From contig CBDDDZ010000004.1 in assembly GCA_965226795.1 (NCBI GenBank), positions 128,001 through 192,000 of the forward strand: a stretch of DNA of 64,000 nucleotides, in the 5' to 3' direction. Position 1 is the stretch's first letter, and every line of letters begins with the position of its first letter. The DNA is from Candidatus Latescibacterota bacterium. Its GTDB lineage: Bacteria > Latescibacterota > UBA2968 > GCA-2709665. The notes beneath the pieces were generated by a model. It had not been told where the DNA came from, ran no database searches, and saw only the letters and a list, made by a program, of their open reading frames with translations. Below are positions 19,206 to 27,858 of the stretch, piece after piece. The position numbers and the translations under genes are program-made.

Positions 19206-22200
19206 GTGATTTCGGGCGGCATCGCAAACAAGCTGGGAAACGAATACGAACGCAAGTGGGCGGTTCTTAAGCTCCTCGACGTGATTGCGGGCGAAGCGAA
19301 CGCGATCAGGTACGAGGGCGTACCGGAAGAGTTCCTCGGGTTCGAGTTCGCCCTCCATCTATCGGACTCCGTGGAGTGGCATCAGACCAAGATCAACGCC
19401 CAGGACGCCAACTGGACGCTGAACGCGCTTAAGAGAAATGGCGTCACAGACGCTTTCAAGAGGCGTCTATCGGCCGATGCCGCCGCCAAGTGTGTGTTCG
19501 TTTCTCAAGACCCGGCCAGACAAATGCGAGAACTCTGCAATAAGGCGAGGCTGGGGAACGATGTACACGAGTTTCGGGGAGCGACCTCAAAAAAGGATGG
19601 AGAGACGTTCGATAAACTGGTGGAGATGTGGGATATCGACAAAAGGAATGCGTTCGAATGGCTGCGTCGTTGCGAGTTCCGCACTGAGTCCGAGCGATCA
19701 ATCGAGGAATTTATCGATATGTTCGGCCGGCATCTACTGCGGGGCGAGGCGGATCTCATCCCATCACTATCGAAATATCTGGTGGATAATCTGAATGCTC
19801 CGATCACAACGGAAATCGCACGGGAATGGATCCGAAAATGTAGCCCTTTCACGTTTCGTCCCGGCTCACTTGATCCAACGCTTGGCGAGAATGTCGACGC
19901 GGCCAACCAGAGATATTTGCATAGCTACACGCCTTTCGGCGTGGCGGGCCAGCATATTCCGAGAGCCGAAGCCAGCCATGTTGTTGCCAAATTGCAGACA
20001 GCGGACGGACCATCCCTGATCCTCCTGACGGGGGAGGCGGGCTGCGGCAAGTCAGGTGTTGTACGGGAAGTCATGGATCGCTTAACGACCAACTCAGTGC
20101 CGTACCTTGCGTTCCGCATCGATAAGTACCTTAACTGCCGTTCAAGAACGGAACTGGGTTCGGTCGTTCTGGATCGTGAAGAAAGCCCTGTGAGCGTCCT
20201 GGAACATCTGGCCGGGGGAAGGCCTTCCGTTCTAATCGTGGACCAGATTGACGCGGTGAGCGAGGTTTCGGGCCGTACTGGCGCGATCAAGGATGGCCTG
20301 CGTGAACTGGTTCAAGAAACCCAATATTTCGGGGACGTCCGGTGCATTCTGGTGTGTCGCAGCTTCGATTTGGAACACGATCCGCAATATCGCGAGTTAG
20401 AAAGGGAACACCGGGCTAAGCGGGTGACAGTTAAGCCCCTGTCGTGGGACGATGATGTTGTGCCGGTACTTACGCGTAACGGAATTGGAGCCGAACGCTT
20501 CACAGAAAGCGAGAAACGATTGTTATGTTTACCCCTTAATCTGGCTGTATTTCTTGAAATCGGCGATCCGAATTTTGGCTTCAGCACAGGCACTGCACTG
20601 ATGGAAGGACTGCTCAAAAAGAAAACACGCGATCTACACAGGGACCGCAATGTCGGATGGAACGTCCAGGCTCCGCTGTGTGCGATGGCTAAGTGGATGA
20701 GCGAAAAGCAGGAGTTGAGTTGCCCCGACGCTGTCCTCAATGAATTCGACGGCGCAAAAGACTTGCTGTCCTCGGAAGGGTTAATCGTCACCGAGCAACA
20801 TCGGCTGGCGTTTTTTCATGAGAGCTTTTTCGATTTTATCTTTGCGAGATTGTTCGCAATATCAGGGGACGATATTGTTGCGTTCCTTACCTCGACGGAG
20901 CAGCATCTCTTCCGGCGCACGCAGGTACGCCAGATCCTGACCGCGATGCGGGAAACCAACAAATCACGCTATCTGAGCGCTCTTGCAGACGTTTTGACCA
21001 ATTGCAAAATACGGTTTCACGTCAAACACGCCGTGGCGCAATGGCTTGCTACCGTCCACGATGCGACTCATGGCGAGTTGAAAATCATCCAGTCGCTGGA
21101 CGACGGCGCTGAAGAGTTTCCCATCCTCCTGCGCAGGGCGCTTTTCACGGAAGAGGCGTGGTTTGATCTTCTGAACGAAGGTGGCCATCTAACCCACATG
21201 TTGGAGGATGCGTCGTACCCCAGACGACATTGTATGCTTGGGTGGCTGTCTGTTATCTCCCGAAAGCGTCCGGGCCCGGTCGCGACGGTCTTTAGGCATT
21301 GGTGGCGCAATGATCCTTCGCGGACTGATGAACTCACCGTAAGGTTCCGCCTATGGCGCCGGATTCCGAACAACCCGGAACTCACTGCTCTGCTTCGCGA
21401 TGTGATCTGTTCTCGATCCGATAGTGGTTCCGAGCAATACGATCTGATGGGCCGCATGAGCCTTTTGCTTCCCATTTGGGACACCGAGCCTGAGATAGCA
21501 ATGGGAGTCGTTAAGGAACTCTTCGCCCAATGGTTCGAGGATAACCCTGGCAGCCATCCGTTCAAATACCTATCAAGACCGGTAGGCAACATTAGTGAAA
21601 TGTCGAAAGTCGTCAAAATTACCCCAGCGGTCTTTCTGGATGCGATGATTCCGATGCTCGTAAAGTCCGCTGAGATTGATTCGAACGATGATTCATACAG
21701 CAGCCGTATCCGTATTCGCCACAATCCCGACGCCGACGGTGGACCCGACGCTTTATTGTCGTTTTTCCGCGAAGCCTTTTGCACGCTTGCCGCAAGGTCG
21801 GCAACCGAAGCGGAAGCCCGTCTCGACCGCATCGACCCGACACTCCATCGCGCCGTTACTCACCTGCATCTTGAAACCATTGGCGCGAATCCTGGTGCGT
21901 TGGGACATCGCCTTGAATCGTTACTCGACGGACCGTTTCTCTTCAAGGCAGGCTATGAGCATGCCAAATGGAAGTCATTCGCCACAACAGCCCGATCCGT
22001 CGTTAAGGCGAACGGAGTCGCCGTGCGAACCGTCGAGGAACGCATTCTGAATCATTGCCCCGAATTGGAGGAAGCAACGCAGATTATGGGTATGATCCGG
22101 GCGAACGGAGAGGACGAATTCTTTTTCGTAACAAAGTGCTACGCTTCGAAGTTGCTTAGGCGCTCCGGGCAGGTACAATGGAACGTTTTAAAGACTATAG

Positions 22201-23774
22201 GGAGTGATTTACTTTCCTCTTGCGGCAAGAAGAAACTCGCGGAATTGCAGCGGAAGTTTTCTTCAGAAAGGGTTCCGAAAGCAGATAAAAGAAGCCGTGA
22301 CGGTATCAAGTCGCCGATCCCACGGTCAGCGGCGAAAAAGATGTCAGACGACCAATGGCTTGCTGCAATCAAGAAATACCACCAACGAAATGCTTATGTG
22401 GAGCCAGAAAACGAAACTGTCGTCGGCGGGACTCGTGAACTGGCACGAGAATTGGAAGGCGCTACCAGGTCAAATCCAGGCCGGTTCGCGCGCTTCTTTC
22501 TGCGGTTGCCGGAGGATGCCAGTTCGATATATGGGCAGTGTTTGCTTCAAGGATTGGCGGGTGCGGAGCAGATAGATGAGGACGCCGCAATTGCGGCCCT
22601 GCGTGATGCTCACGCCCGTCCGCGCCGACCATTCGAAATGCAGTTTATTGAGCTTGTAAAGCACCATCCGGCGTGTGGTCGGGACGACGAGGTCTTCAAG
22701 GCACTGCTCTGGTATGCTTCCCACGGAGAAGTTCAAGAAACTTTGGCAACTGACGAGATTGAACATCCTGGAATATGCCCGGCTATTGATGATCTACTCG
22801 AAGCGAATCGAAATCTCTACCTTAAGGGTATCAACTCATCTCGCGGTGTGGCGTGGCAAGCACTAGGCCATGTTGTCGCTCACCAATCCGATCGCGCGAC
22901 CGATTTATGGACTCTCGTCGAATGCCAATCAGCCGCGGAGATCTCGACCTCGATGCGGGCGATGATGCTGTATGCTCTTATTCCACTATACCGCCTTGAC
23001 AGGGATCGGTTCTGCGTATGCCTTAAACGTCTTACAGAACCCATTGCCGGCTTACGTGACGAAATTTCTGCGCTCAAACCACTTGTAACAGACGCAGGGT
23101 TCGATCTTTTTTATTTCATAGAGCGTGATTTCCCGGATCTCGCTGTCGAGTTGATGGAAAGGATGATTGACTCATCGGATTGTACATTGCACCTGGTCGG
23201 GGTATGGTGGGCACTTGCAGAACGCCTGAGGCAGGGTAACACCGCGGACCGATTTGAGGGTATTGAACGGGAGTCGCCCGCCCACTCAAACTTGTGGGCC
23301 TCGATCCTCTGCGATTCGGCCGCGGATACGGAATACCGAGCCATAGCGATATCGGAACTTGCATGGCTTTTCGCACATGATGTTCCTGAGATCCGGAACG
23401 CCGCTGCGGGGGTATTCAGGTGGATACCAGAAAGTGAGCTTCCTGCTTTCTCTGACTTGGCAAAAGCGTTCATTCGATCGGCAACATTCACGGACGGCGA
23501 GGATAACGCCGATGAAGTCATCAGATACCTTGAAAAGGCGTCGCACGACGTAACTGAGCTTGTCTTGGAAGCGAGTGAAGTCGTCTTGCGGGATCGGGGA
23601 GACGGAGGTTCTGATTCCTATCACGGCATTGAGAACCTTCTAAGGCGGGAATACCGGAACTCCGAAAACCGACCAGAGCTTCGCAAGAGGACTCTCGACG
23701 TGATTGACGAAATGGCGGCGAGAAATTTCATTGGCATAGATAATCTGATGCGACTGGATGATCGACAATCATGA
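19206..23774 (+). CDS. Nuclease-STAND NTPase (Avs/AVAST-like antiviral protein)
   Basis: N-terminal G..YE...FEF...WHQTK PD-(D/E)xK-like motif, Walker A GEAGCGKS, Walker B LIVDQID, FFHESFFDF wHTH motif, long helical C-terminus. Confidence 0.75.
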   Translation: MISGGIANKLGNEYERKWAVLKLLDVIAGEANAIRYEGVPEEFLGFEFALHLSDSVEWHQTKINAQDANWTLNALKRNGVTDAFKRRLSADAAAKCVFVSQDPARQMRELCNKARLGNDVHEFRGATSKKDGETFDKLVEMWDIDKRNAFEWLRRCEFRTESERSIEEFIDMFGRHLLRGEADLIPSLSKYLVDNLNAPITTEIAREWIRKCSPFTFRPGSLDPTLGENVDAANQRYLHSYTPFGVAGQHIPRAEASHVVAKLQTADGPSLILLTGEAGCGKSGVVREVMDRLTTNSVPYLAFRIDKYLNCRSRTELGSVVLDREESPVSVLEHLAGGRPSVLIVDQIDAVSEVSGRTGAIKDGLRELVQETQYFGDVRCILVCRSFDLEHDPQYRELEREHRAKRVTVKPLSWDDDVVPVLTRNGIGAERFTESEKRLLCLPLNLAVFLEIGDPNFGFSTGTALMEGLLKKKTRDLHRDRNVGWNVQAPLCAMAKWMSEKQELSCPDAVLNEFDGAKDLLSSEGLIVTEQHRLAFFHESFFDFIFARLFAISGDDIVAFLTSTEQHLFRRTQVRQILTAMRETNKSRYLSALADVLTNCKIRFHVKHAVAQWLATVHDATHGELKIIQSLDDGAEEFPILLRRALFTEEAWFDLLNEGGHLTHMLEDASYPRRHCMLGWLSVISRKRPGPVATVFRHWWRNDPSRTDELTVRFRLWRRIPNNPELTALLRDVICSRSDSGSEQYDLMGRMSLLLPIWDTEPEIAMGVVKELFAQWFEDNPGSHPFKYLSRPVGNISEMSKVVKITPAVFLDAMIPMLVKSAEIDSNDDSYSSRIRIRHNPDADGGPDALLSFFREAFCTLAARSATEAEARLDRIDPTLHRAVTHLHLETIGANPGALGHRLESLLDGPFLFKAGYEHAKWKSFATTARSVVKANGVAVRTVEERILNHCPELEEATQIMGMIRANGEDEFFFVTKCYASKLLRRSGQVQWNVLKTIGSDLLSSCGKKKLAELQRKFSSERVPKADKRSRDGIKSPIPRSAAKKMSDDQWLAAIKKYHQRNAYVEPENETVVGGTRELARELEGATRSNPGRFARFFLRLPEDASSIYGQCLLQGLAGAEQIDEDAAIAALRDAHARPRRPFEMQFIELVKHHPACGRDDEVFKALLWYASHGEVQETLATDEIEHPGICPAIDDLLEANRNLYLKGINSSRGVAWQALGHVVAHQSDRATDLWTLVECQSAAEISTSMRAMMLYALIPLYRLDRDRFCVCLKRLTEPIAGLRDEISALKPLVTDAGFDLFYFIERDFPDLAVELMERMIDSSDCTLHLVGVWWALAERLRQGNTADRFEGIERESPAHSNLWASILCDSAADTEYRAIAISELAWLFAHDVPEIRNAAAGVFRWIPESELPAFSDLAKAFIRSATFTDGEDNADEVIRYLEKASHDVTELVLEASEVVLRDRGDGGSDSYHGIENLLRREYRNSENRPELRKRTLDVIDEMAARNFIGIDNLMRLDDRQS

Positions 23775-23839
23775 ACAAAAAATAGGACGCCGTTTGGAAA
23801 ATACCGAGCCCACACAGCCGACGGGCTTTTGTACCGAGA

Positions 23840-25262
23840 GTGAGGCAATTTCACCTCTCCAATCACCGAGAAACTTTTCTGAGAACGCTGGATTGGACAA
23901 TACAGAGTGCGCCTACTGTTGGAGCTATCCTTCCGGACTGCGTTGTGATAGCGATCAACAAAGAAGCTGAAATCGCGCCTCTAATGTTGGCAGGGCACGA
24001 TGACATTAGTGCCGTTGTCATGCCCGTTTCTCCAGAGAAGTTGCTTGTCGGCATTACGGATGGGTGCGCCCTTCCGCGGTCATTCAACTACAACGTAGAA
24101 GCTGCTCGTGCAAGCTACAGCTTTTTCCTTTCTTCACGTAACAATGCAGAGATCCTCCGCTTGTCCCCGGCGATCGCAGAGCGCTCGATTTTCGTCCTGG
24201 ATGAAGAGGTCGAGAGCGGGATTCAGGACGTTCTGCCCCAAAGTCTTCCTTCACGCCTGGAAGACGACTTAGGGAAGACGGAGCCCACCTATTGTCCCAT
24301 CGACCCCGACTCGAGCAAATTTCAATATGAACTGTCGTTCGACGGAGGCGTAGACCACCAAATAATCCAAGGACAGATCAACCACCTTCGCACCATTGTG
24401 TCGGCGCTTTCACAGGTACTCCCGCTTAGGCGACTAGACGGTATCACTATCGCAGGAGACTACCCCGCAGCACTCCGGAATCTCGATCGCGGTTTTGACA
24501 ATGCCCCACCCGTCGAAACGGTCTCTCCGGAGGTCGGCGTCGGCGTTCGCAAAGATGGTTGCAGTCATGCGGTCCGGCGAAGTCAAAGGTCGCATTGTGA
24601 TATCCAATGCCATTGGCGATGCCCTGACTTCCAATAACGCCGCAGATGCGGAGTTCGGCAACTACGCCGTCGTCAAAGAGCTTGCATTGGTTGCGATGTT
24701 CGAGTACGTCGAGCACGCGCTGCCGGGCGTCTTGCTCAGTTCCGTCGAAGGCAAACTCGACGGTTGGCTGTACGGTCCTGTCGACGCCGCGCTTCATGCC
24801 TATGTTGCCTCTTACATCGCGGCGGGATTCATTGATGAAAAAGAAATGGTAGAAGCCAAACGTCAGCTCTTGGCGGACTGCATTAATCGAATGAGGATTG
24901 ACGTACCAAAAGAAAGGCTCTCGTACCGCGATCACAGAAATCTTGATCAGCTCCTTGATGTCACCCTGCCTGCTATACGTTATGTCTTGTTATTTGCTGC
25001 AGATCTTCTTGGCCACAACGCGGTTTCAGGCCGTTCTGCCTTCCTAGAATCAGACGAACTGCATAATTCGCTTGAGAAGGCTGGGCTCACGAACTGGTTG
25101 GAGACGTACAGAGTCGATCTCATGCAATTTCACAAACAGCTCGGGCGTTGGGGGTCGTTTGATGAGTTTCTTTCTTTCAACGTCCACGTTGAGCGGCTGC
25201 TTTGGCAGTTCGGCATGTTCCCTTGGGAAAAACCAGAAGGAATATGGGTCGAGGTTCGGTGA
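23840..25262 (+). pseudogene. 5'-truncated, frameshifted gene (DUF4238-like C-terminal part plus extra domain)
   Basis: ILPDCVVIA...VVMPVSPEKLLVG...YN.EAAR pattern. ORFs 23840-24637 and 24495-25262 join if one extra base near 24546 is removed. Confidence 0.5.
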
Positions 25263-25437
25263 GGCAGATAACCTCTTTCGATACAATCCGTATAGTCAAT
25301 CGGTGTGGCGGCGCATCCAATCCATCGGCGATCTGCGCAACGATGCGGCCCACGGCGAGGGTTCGACGATTGACCCCGAGGATGTCAAAGACGCCCATCG
25401 TTTCGTGCAACGATTCATCACAGATCACCCGGCGTGA
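25259..25437 (+). pseudogene. C-terminal fragment of a HEPN (DUF4145-like) protein
   Basis: IGDLRNDAAHGE (R-x4-H) with no N-terminus. Confidence 0.6.
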
Positions 25438-25446
25438 AAGCGGACA

Positions 25447-26873
25447 ATGAACAATATTGACGAAAAGACCCTTTCTAACCTGGCCGCTCTTGGCGAAGGC
25501 TATACCATTGAGTTTAAACGCTCGGGCACTTCCGGTCTCGGACGTGAGATATGCGCCTTTGCCAATGCTACTGGAGGCGTGATCCTGATCGGCGTTGCCG
25601 ATGACGGCGGAATCTGCGGTGTTTCCAACCACAACCGCTTGAAGTCCCAGGTCCGATTGCCCGCAGCGCGGAGCCACCTATCGCGTTGGAGATCGAAAGC
25701 GTGGATGACGTGCTCTGTGTGACCGTGCCCGCACAGCAGAGCAAGCCATACTCTTTCGGCGGGAAGTTTTTTATTAAGGAAGGGGCGAGCAGTCAGCAGA
25801 TGTCACGTGAGGAGATTCGGGAATTCTTCTATAAAGAAGGGCTGATCCATTTCGATGAAACCGCGTGTGACAAGTTTTCATTGGAGAGAGACCTCGATGA
25901 AGAGAACTGGTCCCTGTTTCAGGGTCGCGCCAAGATTCCCGAGGATATGGATCCGGAGACCGCGCTTCGCAACCTGCACCTGATGGGTGAAGATGGCCGG
26001 ATGACGCACGCCGGCGCCTGGTTGCTGGCCAGGGACATTCGGAAGTTCAATATCAGCGCGGACGTCGCATGTGCGCTCTTCATGGGAACCGACAAGGTGC
26101 GCATTCTCGACAGGCGCGACTTCCACGGCGACGTCTATTCGATGATTGAAGAGGTGATAGCCTGGATTCTCTCGAAAATCAACGTGGAGTACATCATAAA
26201 GCACGTAAGGCGGGAGGAGCGGCCGGAACTGCCCGAAGAGGCCATTCGCGAGGCGGTCGTCAACGCTCTGGCCCATCGCGACTAACGCTCCACCGCGAAT
26301 GTTCAGATCTATCTGTTCACGGACCGGCTCGAAATCGTCATGCCGGGCGGGTTGCCCGCCGGCATGACGGAAGCGGACCTCGGTATCAAGAGCATACCGC
26401 GCAACCCGCTGTTGTTCGGCATCCTGCACCGCATGGATGCGGTTGAGAGGATCGGTTCCGGCATCCGGCGTATCCGGGACCTGTGCCGCGAACACGGAGT
26501 GGCAGAGCCGCTGATCGAAGTGTCCGAGTCGTGGGTGACAACGACCTTCAGGCGTCCGGTAACCGAGTCCGAGGAGGAAGCTGGGGACAGGTCGGCACTA
26601 AGTCGGCACCAGGTCGGCACCAAGTCGGCACCAAGTCGGCACCAAGTCCAAATCCTGCGTAACTGCCTGACAGAAAAGGCGATAGGGACGTTAATGGCGT
26701 CAGTCAGCAGAAAGGACCGAACCAAGTTCAGGAACCAGGTCCTGAAACCCCTGTTGCAGGGCGGATGGCTGGAAATGACCATTCCAGACAAACCGACCAG
26801 CAGCAAGCAGAAATACAGGCTGACGGACAAGGGACAGCAGCTTCTGGCGGAGTTGGGAGAGGACGATGTCTGA
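25447..26873 (+). pseudogene. AlbA_2-HATPase_c_4-wHTH ('RecG-like') gene with frameshift and nonsense mutation
   Basis: GEGYTIEFK, ICAFANATGG; frameshift near 25654; REAVVNALAHRD followed by TAA at 26283 where Tyr is expected; RNPLL, GSGI, PDKPTSSKQKYRLT. Confidence 0.85.
26588..26648 (+). repeat. 11-bp tandem repeat (CAAGTCGGCAC) x5.5
   Basis: Units begin at 26588, 26599, 26610, 26621, 26632 and 26643 (partial). Confidence 0.95.
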
Positions 26874-27127
26874 AGACGGTACATGGAAAGAGAATCTGAT
26901 TGAAAAAAGAGTGACCTATCACATTGAGTTAGATGGGCAGCTCTTCCTCGTTGAAAACGTCCCGGCGCGCGTCAACGTTGAGACAGGCGAGAAGCACTTC
27001 TCACCGGAGACTGTTGAACGATTGCAGCAAGTGGTGCCTGTCTGCCATCTGCACAGGCAGGTGGGAGCGATGCTGTCCCGTTCGAACCATCGAGACCCCG
27101 GTTTATGAGTATACCTCCCTCGCCTGA
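26866..27127 (+). pseudogene. YgiT-type (MqsA N-terminal-like) small protein disrupted by a 25-bp insertion
   Basis: VTYHIELDGQLFLVENVPARVNVETGE...FSPETVERLQ; insertion at 27037-27061 relative to the paralogue at 32523. Confidence 0.75.
27037..27061. mobile_element. 25-bp palindromic mini-insertion CCTGTCTGCCATCTGCACAGGCAGG
   Basis: Removing it restores GTGGTG|TGGGA, matching the paralogous empty site near 32707-32717; no target-site duplication. Confidence 0.8.
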
Positions 27128-27558
27128 AGGTTCCGGCATCCGGCGTATCCGCGACCTGTGCCGCGAACACGGAGTGGCAGAGCCGTTGATCGAGGTCTCA
27201 GCGTCGTGGGTAACGACAACGTTCCACAGGCCAACCTCAGAATTGGGAACCCGCACCGGGCTAAAGCAAGAGTCAGGCAAGAGTCAGGCAAGAGTCAAGG
27301 CAGGAATCGAGGGCAGAGGGCGTAGAACAACGAGTACTATCGATTCTCCGACAGACTCCCCTGTCCAGATCCGAGATCTCAATCGGTTTGGGCCACAAAT
27401 CCATATCGGGCCGGCTCAACGAGGCGATTCGCCTCTTGATGGATGACAAGCCGATCGAATACACAATTCCAGAAAAACCCAACTGTCGGTTGCAGAAATA
27501 CAGACTTACCGAAAACGGCAAGAGTCGACGGGCAGAATCGGAAGAAGGGCGATCATGA
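27128..27558 (+). pseudogene. Orphan 3' module of an AlbA_2-HATPase-wHTH gene (alternative repeat plus wHTH)
   Basis: 27128-27230 closely matches 26454-26550. GCAAGAGTCA(A)G repeats follow, then an out-of-frame wHTH ending PEKPNCRLQKYRLT. Confidence 0.8.
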
Positions 27559-27588
27559 AACCAATCACCTTTACTGGCAAAGCTCCTC

Positions 27589-27858
27589 ATGGCCGCCGAA
27601 CAGCGAGAAATTATCCGCCTGTTGGCGGAGCGACTCGAGATGATCATGCATCAAGAGCGAGAGATTGGTTTCGCCTTGAAACAGGCGAAATTGCTACGCC
27701 AAGCTATCCTCAAGAAGGCCTTCGCGGGGCAGCTCATCCCGCAAGATCCGGAAGACGAACCTGCATCCATCCTGTTGGAGCGCATCAAAGCATGTAAATC
27801 TGCACCGTCTCAAGTCAACAAGCGAACAAAACGCAGGCGCGAGAAGGCAACAGCATGA
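27589..27858 (+). pseudogene. hsdS C-terminal remnant
   Basis: EQREII...LRQAILKKAFAGQLIPQDPEDEPASILLERIK matches the end of the intact HsdS. Confidence 0.85.

Noticed and set aside
26283..26285. Stop-codon readthrough or recoding in the 25447 gene
   Set aside because: TAA is one substitution from the expected Tyr codon, the gene has a second lesion, and TAA terminates other genes normally.
26588..26648. Short repeats as a CRISPR array
   Set aside because: Units are contiguous 11-12 bp with no unique spacers, and no cas genes are in the window.
26454..27230. Repeat pair as a DGR template/variable region
   Set aside because: Differences are mostly third-position and not adenine-specific, and no reverse transcriptase is present.
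12567..27858. hsdS shufflon or invertible phase-variable locus
   Set aside because: The hsdS remnant is in direct orientation, lacks a TRD, and no recombinase gene is nearby.
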